From positions 47,494,001 through 47,558,000 of the forward strand of contig NC_045697.1 of NCBI RefSeq assembly GCF_009834535.1: a stretch of 64,000 nucleotides of DNA, written 5' to 3'. This DNA is from Camelus ferus (taxonomy: Eukaryota). The notes beneath the pieces were generated by a model that saw only the letters and a program-made list of their open reading frames with translations, searched no databases and had not been told where the DNA came from. Shown here piece after piece: positions 12,858 through 24,189 of the stretch (position 1 is its first letter; each line of letters begins with the position of its first letter). The position numbers were made by a program, and so were the translations under genes.

Positions 12858-15446
12858 CAGGCATACCCTGGGACATGGTTTGGGGTTTGGTTCCAGACCA
12901 CTGCAATAAAATGAATATTGCAATAAAGCAAGTCACATGAAAAATTAGGTTTTCCAGTGCATATTAAAGTTATGTTTACACTATACTGTAGTTTATTAAT
13001 GTGCAATAGCATTGTCTAAAAACCCTTCGTTAAAGACTATTATATTGCTAAAACATGCTGACCATCATCTGAGCCTTCTTTTTGTTTGATGGGATTTGAT
13101 TTGATGCTGCTGACTGATCAGGGTGGTCATTGCTGAAGGTTGGGGTGGCTGTGTTAATTTCTTAAAATAAGACAATGAAGTCTGCTGCATTGATTGATTC
13201 TTCCTTTCATGAACGATTTCTCTGTAGCATGGAATTCTGTTTGATAGCATTTTACCCACAGAACTTCTTTCAAAATTGGATTCAATCTTCTCAAATCCTG
13301 CTGCTGCTTTAACTAAGTTTATGTAATATTCTAAATCCTTTGTTGTCATTTCAACAATCTTCACACCACCTTCATTAGGAGTATATTTCATCTCAAGAAA
13401 CTAAGATGCTTTGCTCATCCATAAGAAGCAACACCTCGTCTGTTGAAGTTTTATCATGAGATTGCAGCAATTCAGTCACATCTTCAGGATCCACTTCTAA
13501 TTCTAGTCCTCTTGATATTTCCACCACATCTGCAGTTACTTCCTTCACTGAAGTCTTGAAACTCTCATAGTCATCCATGAAGATTGGAATCACCTTCTTC
13601 AAAACTCCTATTAATGTTGTTATTTTGACTTCTTCCCATGAATTGTGAATATTCTTAATGACATGAATAGTGAAACTTTTCCAGAAGGTTTTTAATGTAC
13701 TTTGCCCAGATCCATCCCAGGAATCACTATCCATGGCAGCTATAGTCTTACAAAACGTAGTTCTTAAATAATAAGACTTGAAAGTCAAAATTATTCCTTG
13801 ATCCATGGACTGCAGAATAGATGTTGTGTTAGCAGACATGAAAACAACATCAATCTTGTTGTACATCTCCATGAGAGTTCTTGGATGGCCAGGTGCATTG
13901 TCAATAAACAGCAACATATTAAAAAAAAATCTTTTTAGGGGGTAGGTAATTAGGTTACCTATTTCTTTTGGTGGAGGTACTGGGGATTGAACCCAGGACC
14001 TTGTGCATACTAAGCATGCACTCTACCACTGAGCTATACCCTCCTCCTATAGAAATAAGTTCTTTTTTTTTTTCCTTTCTGAGCAGTAGGACTTAAGAGA
14101 AAACTTAAAATATTCAGTAAGCCGTGTTGTAAATAGATGTGCTGTGATCCATGCTTTGCTATTCCATTTATGGAGCACAGAAGAGAAGATTTAGTGTATA
14201 ATTTTTAAGGGCCATAGAATTTTTTGGAATGGTAAATGAGCACTGGTTTCAACTTAAAGTCACCAGATGTATTAATCTCTAACAAGAGAGTCAGTTGGTC
14301 CTTTGAAGCTTTGAAGTCAGTCATTGACTTCCTCCTCTCTAGCTATGTAAGTCCTGCATGGCATCTTCTTCTGATAGAAGGCTGCTTCATCTGCATTGGC
14401 AATCTGTTGTTTAGTGTAGCCTCCTTCATTAATGATCTGAGCTAGATCTTCTAGATAACTTGCTGCAGCCTCTACAACAGCACTTGTTGCTTCACCTTGC
14501 ACTTCTATGTTAAGAAGACGGCTTCTTTTCTTAAACCTCACAAACCAAACTCTGCTAGCTTCCAACTTGTCTTCTGAATTTTCCTCACCTTTTTCAGCCT
14601 TCACAGAATTGAAGAGAGTTAAGTCCTTGCTCTGAAGGCTCTGGCCTAGGGAATATTGTAGCTGGTTTGTTCATCTCTCCAGACCACTAAAACTTTCTCC
14701 ATATCAGTAGTAGGGCTGTTTTGCTTTCTTATCATTCATGTGTTCACTGGAGTAGCGCTTTTAATTTCCTTCAATAATTTTTCCTCTGCATTCACAACTT
14801 GGCTGTTTGGCATTAGAGGCCTAGCTTTTGGCCTGTCTTGGCTTCTGATGTGTGTTTCTCACTAAGCTGTTCTAGTTTTTGATTTAAAGTGAGAGATGTG
14901 TGGCTCTTCCTTTCACTTGAACACTTAGAGGTCACTGTAGGGTTATTGATGGGTTTAATTTTAATATTATTGTGTCTCAGAGAATACAGAGGCCCAAGGA
15001 GAGGGAGAGAGACAGGGGAATGGCCGGTGTGTGCAACACTCAGAACACACACATTTATTAAGCTTGCTGTCTTATATGGGTGTGGTTCATGCCCCAAAAC
15101 AATTACAATATTAACATCAAAGATCACTGATCACTATAACAAATATAATAATGATAATGAAAAAGTTTATTATGAGATTATATGAAATTGTATGTGAAAC
15201 TTCTGAAAATTATAAAGCACTGTAGAATTTAAAGAACCTTGCATTCAAAATATAATAATGAAAAAAATTTTGAAATATTGTGAGAATTACCAAAATGTGA
15301 CCACAGACATGAAGTAAGCAAATGCTCTCGGAAAAACAGCACCGACAGACAGACTTGCTCTACAAAGAGTTCCCACAAACCTTCAATTTGTAAAAAATGC
15401 AATATCTACAAAGTACAATAAGGTTCAGTAAAACGAGGTATGCCAA
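12858..15446 (-). mobile_element. Near-full-length Tigger1 (pogo/Tc1-mariner) DNA transposon; transposase disrupted
   Basis: TA|CAGGCATACC left TIR and GAGGTATGCC right TIR. Transposase pieces: SKCSSERKSHTSLTLNQKLE (N-terminal HTH), [18 protein letters not shown] (CENP-B-type HTH), [33 protein letters not shown] (DDE). Confidence 0.95.
13932..14047 (-). mobile_element. tRNA-Ala-derived SINE (camelid Vic-1-like) nested in Tigger1
   Basis: Minus strand reads GGGTATAGCTCAGTGGTAGAGTGCATGCTTAGTATGCACAAGGTCCTGGGTTCAATCCCCAGTACCTCCA plus a non-tRNA tail; box A and box B are intact; family name from recollection. Confidence 0.85.
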
Positions 15447-15449
15447 TCA

Positions 15450-15590
15450 CTGTTCTGGGGGCTTTACATGTATGTAATTATTATTTATTATCCCCATTGA
15501 TGAATAAGACATTCAAGTCACAGAGAAGTTAAGAAACTTTCCCAAAGCAGGCTGAAGCCCAGACAATCTGGATCCAGAGTCTTAACCATT
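15450..15590 (-). mobile_element. MIR SINE relic
   Basis: tattatccccatt...cacagagaagttaagaaactttcccaa...ctggatccagagtcttaacca. Confidence 0.65.
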
Positions 15591-15869
15591 ACCTGTTTTT
15601 AATAGATATTAGGGCAAGTTGAAATGGGGCTTAAAGAATAGTAATCTTTGGTATCCTTGGTAAATTATTTTTTTATGAATACAAAGTTAAGCTATAACTA
15701 TTTAACTAGCCATGTAATTATTTTAGAAGAAACTTGTGTTAATGTAACTTTTAAGTAGTTCTTAGAAAATAGCTAAAGGTAATGATGAAGAGAGTAAAAA
15801 GAAGGGACAAATTTTTTTAAAAAAAGGAAAAATTCCATTTTCCAATAAAATTGAGATAAAAATGTTTAC

Positions 15870-15902
15870 CTGTGAAGTGGAATTTCACTGAGTCTGGAAG
15901 AC
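15870..15902 (-). CDS. FRAS1: FRAS1 33-nt coding microexon, phase 1-1 (absent from the ORF track)
   Basis: ctttcag|GTCTTCCAGACTCAGTGAAATTCCACTTCACAG|gtaaac; encodes GLPDSVKFHFT, bridging ...FSFA and VSDGEH... Confidence 0.93.
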
Positions 15903-16912
15903 CTGAAAGAACAGATGTGAGAAAATCAGTACACTAAATATTTTGAGGTCAGAAATAGATGGAGAAGGTACAAAATATAATGCAGAGGTTAGAAAAGTAA
16001 AAGGACATTTTAATCTAAATTATTAGGGTTTATGGAAAGATCACCAGGTTGTTTGCTAATGTTATGTTGAATTAATGGTGCCAGCACTAATTTTAAGTAA
16101 CAAAAGGAAACCCATAGAGGAATAATTTTATATCACAGCAGTTAGAGTGATTTATAACACATTCATTCAGATTCCATTTTATCAGTACACAGAATCATAC
16201 AAATCGGTGACTGTGGGTGATGCCATACATCACTGACAAGGCTCTCTGGTGGGTCAGTTCCATTGTAGAATTGAGTGATGCCTGGGACATTGATTTACAC
16301 ACTGTAACAGTGTGAGAGATTTACCTCGTGGCATTTATCCCATAGATTATACAGGACAGGACTCTGCTCTCTGCAGTATAGTGTATTCGGAAATAACTTC
16401 AACCATGGCTGACATGTTTTCTTTCCCTCTAATCCCAGGGAGTTTCTTGTAAAGTAGGTCTTGTAAAGTTGGAGTTAGAGGACCATGGACATTTTCACTG
16501 GCTACCAGTTATCAGTTAGTAAACATTGGGGAAACCTTTAGATAAGATATAGTAAACCTTTAGTAAACCTTTAGATAAGAAGTCTAGTCCAACACTTACG
16601 GATTTTCACTGTAACAGAGGAGTTAATCATTTTCTAGAAAATTGCAACTATACAAATAATGGCAAATATTACTTTAAACATTTGGCATACTTTAAAACAT
16701 AACTCTAAAATTATTCAAGCCGTGTTAAACTCACCATAAGAAATCACCAATTGTTCTGTATGAATAAAGCTACTATATAAAAATAATACTCTATATTAAG
16801 TGCTATATGATACATACATTTTAAGTATCATAAAGAAACAGGCTTGCAGATTTTTAGAATGATTTCAGAGCACAGAAACATTTAGGGCAGGGGCTTAAAA
16901 CTCAGTAGTTTT

Positions 16913-17185
16913 GTGTGGTTACCAGCTGGGAAGGGGAAGGAAGGGATAGATTAGGAGTTTGGGACTAACAGATACGCATCTACTATATTTAGAATAGATA
17001 AATAACACGGACCTACTGTATAGCACAGGGAGCTATATTCAATTTCTTGTAATGAGCTATAATGGAAAAGAAACTGAAAATACATGTATGTATGTATATG
17101 TATAACTGAAATGCTTTGTTGTACACCTGAAACTTACATTGTAAATTGACTACATTTCAATAAAAAATAAGAATTAAAATTTTAA
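16913..17185 (+). mobile_element. LINE-1 3' UTR fragment (cetartiodactyl-type)
   Basis: ggacctactgtatagcacaggg..ctatattcaa..gtacacctgaaac..caataaaaaa; degenerate TSD aaaactcagtagttttg / aaacctcagcagctttg. Confidence 0.88.
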
Positions 17186-17449
17186 AAAACCTCAGCAGCT
17201 TTGAATACTAGGTCAAGGGGGGAGGTAAGGGGTGGCAAGGATTAAGGCTGTTTTAGCTTAGTGGAAGGGCACACACTTGCCTGAATCAGAAATTTAGTTA
17301 TTCTTTTGCTCAGTCTTCTCTTCTTTAAAAAAGGTGCCATCTGTCAAATTCTGGTTTTAATCTAAAGATCACCTGCATTCTTCATTTTTACATGGGACCT
17401 TCCCTGAGATACAGCAGGATCCTTCTCGCCAGTTTCCATTCAACCACAT

Positions 17450-18600
17450 ATCCATCTGCCCCGGCCCCTCCTCAAATCCACTCACATCACTGCAGTCAAA
17501 GAGTTCCTTTTCCCCCTGTAACTTAAAACCTTCACCAGGTTCTACTGTTCTGATCCAAATCCCTGCAGGCTTCCAGGGCCTCTAAGGCCTGGCCTCTATC
17601 CATACCGACAGGCTCATCCTTGTTCTGCTCAACCCTCCACATTCCAGACACACTGACCATTTTTTAAAAATTGAAGTATAGTTGATTTACAATATTGCAT
17701 TCATTTCAGGTGTACAGCAAAGTGATTTGGTTATATGTATATATATGTATATATCTATATTTTTTGGATTCTTTTCCATTATAGTTTATTATAAGATACT
17801 GAATATAGTTCCCTGTGCTATACAGTGGGTCCTTATTGTTTATTTTAGTATGGTAGTATGTAGTATGGTATCTGTTAATCCCCTACTCTCAATTTATCCC
17901 TTCCCTCCTCTTTCCCATTTGGTAGGCATAAGTTTGTTTTCTATGTCTGAGTCTATTTCTGTTTTGTAAATAAGTTCATTCATACTATTTTTTAGATTCT
18001 ACATATAAATGATATTGTAAAATATTTGTCTTTCTCTGTCTGACTTACTTCACTTAGTATGATAATCTCTAGGCATATCCATGTTGCTGTAAATGGCATT
18101 ATTTCATTCTTTTTTTTATGGCTGAGTAATAGTCTACACTGACCTTTTTTTTAAATCCCCAGAATGTCACATTCTCTCCCTCGCAGGGCCTCTGCACAGG
18201 GACATGTGCCCTTCCTTCAGGAATGTCCTCCCAATGGTCCCAACACACACACTTAGCCTAGTTAGCGTCTACCCATCCCTCGACTGTCAATGCCTCCCTG
18301 GGGAAGCCAGCAATGAACCCTCAGTCTAGGTCAGTCTCGCTACATCCAATTCCACCACTAAACATTCCTCTTTCTTTTCAGAGCTCTTGTCTCAGCCTGC
18401 AACTAAATGTTCATTACTGGGATTATTTCCAAATTCTGTCTCTATCTTAGATCCCAAAACTCATCAAGAACAGGATTCATGCCTCTTGTTTCTCACCAGT
18501 AGATCTCTAAGGCCTCTCTCAGGCCTTTCCACATCAGAGACACAACATAAAGTAGAAATTTATTAAAAGTATGCCAGCACAAATGAATAAAGGAAAAAAT
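17450..18600 (+). mobile_element. L2 3' fragment interrupted by an L1
   Basis: cagggcctctgcaca..caggaatgtcctccc..tgaataaagg; collinear on both sides of the L1 at 17660-18135. Confidence 0.65.
17660..18135 (-). mobile_element. LINE-1 3' end (cetartiodactyl-type)
   Basis: ttgaagtatagttgatttacaatatt..caggtgtacagcaaagtgatt..ccatgttgctgtaaatggcatt; TSD ACACTGACC at 17650-17658 and 18136-18144. Confidence 0.92.
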
Positions 18601-18772
18601 GATGAACATGAGCACAGAGCTACTTATTGGCCCCCAAGTCTTGAGCTATTTTGAAAACCTACAGAGCAGTGTCACCAAACTCTCTAGAAGGACTATGGCA
18701 GAGTCAGGGCAAGACTGCCATGAAGATCCACAGAGAGCAGTTTGGTGCTTCACATAGAGAAAAAAGCCTTAC

Positions 18773-18910
18773 CAGCAAAGGAGAAGGCCGTGATCTCCTG
18801 GAGGTGGGGGGCTGCCATGGGAGGACGGTACATGATTTTGCCCTGGTTGATGTCTTCCTGTGTGAAGTAGCGGATGGGAGAGTGAGGCTGGTCCCTGCGT
18901 TCAATGGTGC
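18773..18910 (-). CDS. FRAS1: FRAS1 coding exon, 138 nt, phase 1-1
   Basis: tccccag|GCACCATT...TTTGCTG|gtaagg; encodes GTIERRDQPHSPIRYFTQEDINQGKIMYRPPMAAPHLQEITAFSFA. Confidence 0.96.
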
Positions 18911-19618
18911 CTGGGGAGGAAGAGTCAGCATGAGCATCAGCAGTAATTCTGGTGGCTGGCTGAATGATCGGGGCCATAAAGCTGCTTTTTCCACAGGTGG
19001 GAGGCCTTTATTCCTCAGGAACAAGTGCTCTCAAGTTGTTCTTGGTGGACTATTCTCTAGTTATTGAAGAAAAGGGCAAATCGGAAACCCAAATACTCTT
19101 GACTAGGATTCACTGACCATAAGCAATAGTAAGATGCAAACTACTGCCCCCTGTGTAGCTTAGACCAGGGAATTCTTCACAAGTCACAGATGCTGTACCG
19201 TAATTATGAGATTCTCGCAATTGAGCTTAAGTTCAAAGGTCAAAGTCGCTAAAAAAAAAAAAAAAAAAAAGGCACAGACTGGTCTCTTGGTGAGGCTCTA
19301 AAGTGATTTTTCTCAATCTCCCCTCTGTCCTTCAGAGGCTCCCTAGTCTCTGTGATGATCCTTAGCAACAGTAACATGGATCCTGACTATTCTAAGATCT
19401 TGATTTGCAACAATCACTAAATTATAAATACTTCAGGGGCTGCAGATTTGTCTGTCATTTCTAAACTCTGCAGGTATAGAACTTATGCTGTGATCATCTT
19501 TCCTGTCCTATCAACTCTTTAAAAGGAGGGAGCATATGAGGCTTCACCATTCAGGCTGCTTGTCTGGAAGAACATCTCCACTCTGGCCCCATAGGAAGGA
19601 TGACTCTAGCTATGACTT

Positions 19619-20591
19619 TTTTTTTTTTTTTTAACATTTTTTATTGATTTATAATCATTTTACAATGTTGTGTCAAATTCCAGTGTTCAACACAATTTTT
19701 CAGTTATTCATGGACATATACACACTCATTGTCACATTTTTTTCTCTGTGAGTTATCATAACATTTTGTGTATATTCCCCTGTGCTATACAGTGTAGTCT
19801 ATTCTACAATTTTGAAATCCCAGTCTATCCCTTCCCACCCTCCACCCCCCTGGTAACCACAAGTCTGTATTCTCTGTCTGTGAGTCTATTTCTGTCCTTT
19901 ATTTACGCTTTGTTTTTGTTTGTTTGTTTGCTTTTGTTTTTGTTTTTTAGATTCCACATATGAGCGATCTCATATGGTATTTTTCTTTCTCTTTCTGGCT
20001 TACTTCACTTAGAATGACATTCTCCAGGAGCATCCACGTTGCTGCAAATGGCACTATGTTGTCGGTTTTTATGGCTGAGTAGTATTCCATTGTATAAATA
20101 TACCACTTCTTCTTTATCCAGTCACCTGTTGATGGACATTGAGGCTGTTTCCATGTGTTGGCTATTGTAAATAGTGCTGCTATGAACATTGGGGTGCAGG
20201 TGTCATCCTGAAGTAGATTTCCTTCTGGATACAAGCCCAGGAGTGGGATTCCTGGGTCATATGGTAAGTCTATTCCTAGTCTTTTGAGGAATCTCCACAC
20301 TGTTTTCCATAGTGGCTGCACCAAACTGCATTCCCACCAGCAGTGTAGGAGGGTTCCCCTTTCTCCACAGCCTCTCCAGCATTTGTCATTTGTGGATTTT
20401 TGAATGACGGCCATTCTGACTGGTGTGAGGTGATACCTCATTGTAGTTTTGATTTGCATTTCTCTGATAATTAGTGATATTGAGCATTTTTTCATGTGCT
20501 TTTTGATCATTTGTATGTCTTCCTTGGAGAATTGCTTATTTAGGTCTTCTGCCCATTTTTGGATTGGGTTGTTTATTTTTTTCTTATTGAG
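19619..20591 (-). mobile_element. Young 5'-truncated LINE-1 with uninterrupted ORF2 C-terminus, 3' UTR and poly(A)
   Basis: Open frame from 20591 to the stop at 19947 (..[42 protein letters not shown]); clean T run at 19617-19632; TSD TATGACTT at 19611-19618 and 20592-20599. Confidence 0.97.
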
Positions 20592-21385
20592 TATGACTTA
20601 GATTAAAAAAAGATGGAAGGAGGACTTTCAGACTTTTAATTCCTCTAGACCTTTTCAAAAGGGAAATGAAATTTAATTTCTTCTTGGGAATATGATAATG
20701 TGAAAGGCTTATATCTAAGGCAGTGGTTGGTCTTGGGAGAGCAGCTCCAGAGGGAACAGAAGTGTCTTTGTAGAAGCCGACCCTCCTGTGATGCCCGGCC
20801 ACACCTATTCCGGCGCAGGCTTGTTAGTTGAGCCCCAAAGTAAAGGGATCTGAGGGCTGGAGACTGACGGCAGGGGCCCACCTCTCCTCTAACTGTAATT
20901 CCATATTTCCATGCTCCCGTATGAGAGGAGGAGTGACTTATCCAAGTGGGAATGAAACTAAGTATGTGGGGCTCAGGCCCCGTTGAGCCCCAGCTGTCTT
21001 TAGCACAAGCTCATTCTGGTCTGCTTGCCTATCATAACCTCATCAGGGCAGGAGCTGTCTGTCCCTACGGGCTATGCTTGGGTCTGTCTGGTTCTGCCTG
21101 CCATGGGAGCGGGAGCTCATCTGGTGATTAAAGCTATGTGCACGCTGTTTTCTTAGGCACAGCTCTGTCAGTACCAAACCTGACACATCCATCTCCCTCT
21201 ATCTGACCACAGTCTCTCTCTCTCAGTTGGTTCTAAACTCAGAAGACAGGAGCAAAGGTGATGAATAATTGTTACTCCTGAAATCCTCAACAAGTAGAAG
21301 CAGACAGAATTTCAGAGCTTTTAAGGCTGGTCAACAAGTGGAAGACAGCAGCATCACTCAGAAGATGACTGACCGCACGTCTCAC

Positions 21386-21500
21386 CTTGATTTGGATGCA
21401 GAGGTATAGTGATGTTGTACACGATCTTTCCACTTGGCCTCTCAGAGTTTACGAAGGGGAGGGAATGAGGCTGAATCACAGTCAGGCCATCCTCCCGAGC
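21386..21500 (-). CDS. FRAS1: FRAS1 coding exon, 115 nt, phase 0-1 (absent from the ORF track)
   Basis: tgtgtag|GCTCGGGAG...AATCAAG|gtgaga; encodes AREDGLTVIQPHSLPFVNSERPSGKIVYNITIPLHPNQ. Confidence 0.96.
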
Positions 21501-24189
21501 CTACACAAAATTTAAGAAAGAAGAAGAAAAAATGGTCTGATGAACAAAAGCCAGAGGCAAAAACAAACCTCATTTAAAAAAAAAACAAAACAACAAAACC
21601 CTCACTCTGGGTTTTTTAATTAGTCACAGATAGCAAAGTTTTCTCTGAGAGTTCAAAAGAAGGAGCTGGTCCCCTGCTTTGCAGATCTGTCCCAGCCTCA
21701 GGAACCTCACAGGGTGACAGAGTCCTCTTCGGGTCTTGCACCCGACCCTTCTGTCCCCTGCCCTTGGCCCCTGCGGGTGCGTGCTGTGGGGGTCCCAGTG
21801 TGATCATTTTTCCCTAGTTGGAACTCATGGTAGCACACGTTAGAAAATGAAGCATCGCAGCTGGCTATTCTACTATTCACAGCTGGATTCCTGCAGCTCT
21901 GCTCCTCTAATTTAATGGGCTAAGACTGTATCTGGTGAGAATTTCTCCCAACCCCTCAGCTTGCTAATGGGAACTGTGATGCCCGCCACCCCCCTCCCTT
22001 TTTTTTTAACTTTGATGGTTTCAAAGGGCTGAAGATGAACTCATCTTAAATGCCAAAGAGCCCCACCATCTGAATTCAGAGGTTTAAGAACTGTTTATTG
22101 AAGCACTATAAAAATAGTCAGTATTTCTCTTTGTCCCCGTTGTACTGTTCAAAAGAACCAGATACTGCGTTTTGTTTCTAGCTCTCAGGACTCAGTGAAG
22201 GAGTCAGGTGAAATTAACCAGAAGGCCAACGTGTGTGCAGCTTTCACTATGCCTTCACTTGTACATATTCACAACCCACAAACAGTGACAACATTAAAAA
22301 AAAAAAAAAGAGGAGAGATTCAGAATTCCATGACCAGGCCTAACAGAGATTTGGGGACAGTGGCAAAAACACAGAGTGGAGAAGAGAAAAGGAAAAGGGC
22401 CCTTGTCTGGTAATAAAACAGAACAAAACTATGCAGCTCGTCGCAGGCTCTTCCTAACTGAGCCCTGAAGCGTTGGAGCTTGACATGCTCTCTTGCTCTT
22501 TCAAGCTCTGCCACTTTCAGAAGGAATTTCCAGTTTAGGAAAAGGATTAAGCAGGGCTCAGTCACTCTCCTGGAGGAGGGTGTGGTGCTCTTCTTTTTAA
22601 GCATGAAAAGACTGAAGGTTGCAGTTGCCTGGTAATTGTCCCCAAGGCATACGTGGTCCTGGGGAGAGGCAGCATCTGCAGGTTAGGACAACCCCGCTAT
22701 AGGACAGAGTCATATTTCAGGTCATCACTCAGGTCTGGAATGTAACGAGCAAGGAAAACAAGAGCTGCAAATAGCAGCTGGTCTCTCACCCTAAACTAAA
22801 ACCGGTTAAGGACAACAAATTAGAAATATGTGCCCTACATAAGGTGTTTACAGTCCATGCACGTGTGCACAACCTGTAAACCTGTACATGTGTGGCCACA
22901 GGTACACTGACCAAAAACGGCCAGCTGAATACATTGTTCAGGTTTGTTTGCTACCTTTTAATCTCAATAACATAGAATAACTAGAAATTCTCAAAATATT
23001 ATGGAGTATTTTTGAAAATCTAGATATCCCTAAAACAATAAAGTGGTAAGAAAAGAGAATTTCATGAACACAGGACAATGGAAAAGGGAAATGTGTTCTA
23101 GCCAAGAAAACAGACATTTTATTACAGAATTTATTGATACTTATTTCTTTACTAATAGAAATGGATACTAGGTAGGAAAAGTAAGGACCCGATTCTCTGA
23201 AGAGAGCAATATTGAGGTTGAGATGTATTGGAGTATACCAATTTTAATATTGGCTGTTTGGAATGTTCAATATTTATCAATTAAACAGTAAGAAATGAGA
23301 GGTTAAATTTCATGGGAATCATTATAGAAGACACTTTTTAAAATTAAGTATCTGTCAACAAAAGAAGATTACAGAGTAATGGTTTTCATAATACCCGTAT
23401 TACCTCTGAATGCATCCAGAATCCAACTGCTTCTCCCCACCGACATTGCTACCACCCTGCTAGGAGCCACCGTCTCTCTCCTGGGTTACCAGGTTACCAT
23501 GATGGCCTCCCAACTTCTCCCTTGCCCCCACTTCGGTCTATTTCAGCACAGCAGCCAGCGAGATGCCTTTAAAAAGGACATTAGTGCTCTGCTCAACCCC
23601 CTGCCGTAGCTCTCCATGTTACTCAGAATACAGCTAAGTCCCCTAGTTACGGCCTGTGAAGCCCGACTTGATCTGCCCACCTTCCATACCCGCACCTGCT
23701 GGAAGTTACTAAGTACGTGAAAGTAGAACTGAAAATATTCACTTAGTCAACAAATATTTCCTAAGCAACTATTTTATATAATGCATTGTGCTAGATGCCG
23801 AGGAAGATACCAAACTCAATTAAACAAAGATTTGCCCTTAAGGATATTCTAAGTCAAATAGTAGGTGATTACTTGGAAAACTATGAATTGATGTGAATCT
23901 ATTAACTTATTTGCTGAATTTTACACTATCTATGCTGTGATATACATGTCTTCAGATCTCTTTGCCCAAATTTGATACATATTCTAAATGTATACATCTC
24001 ACATATGTTTATATATGATATATGTATACACACATATGCATATAATTCTGATGAGCACTAAAAACCAAACCCATTTAAAGGATCTTAGATTTGATGAATG
24101 ACAGAATTACAGAAAGGCCACAGAACAAATTTTCATTTAGGCAGGTATCTGAATATATTGCTTTTCATTCTATGCAGTGGGATTCCTGG

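Noticed and set aside
13393..13917. 174-aa DDE ORF as a domesticated TIGD1-like gene
   Set aside because: It is one piece of a frameshifted Tigger1 that is interrupted by a SINE immediately upstream.
13970..14045. tRNA-Ala gene
   Set aside because: The anticodon loop reads TTAGTAT rather than TTAGCAT, the 5' end is altered, a SINE tail follows, and it sits inside a transposon.
16140..16430. Possible ancient conserved SINE (LF-SINE/AmnSINE-like) near the microexon
   Set aside because: I could not align it convincingly to any consensus I remember; a Dfam search is needed.
18651..19067. Plus-strand ORFs overlapping exons (also 3276-3572, 5310-5594, 31457-31711, 45764-46138)
   Set aside because: These are antisense shadows of GC-richer FRAS1 exons with no recognisable protein features.
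19947..20510. 187-aa ORF as a host gene
   Set aside because: It is the L1 ORF2 C-terminus within a 5'-truncated insertion lacking promoter, endonuclease and RT.
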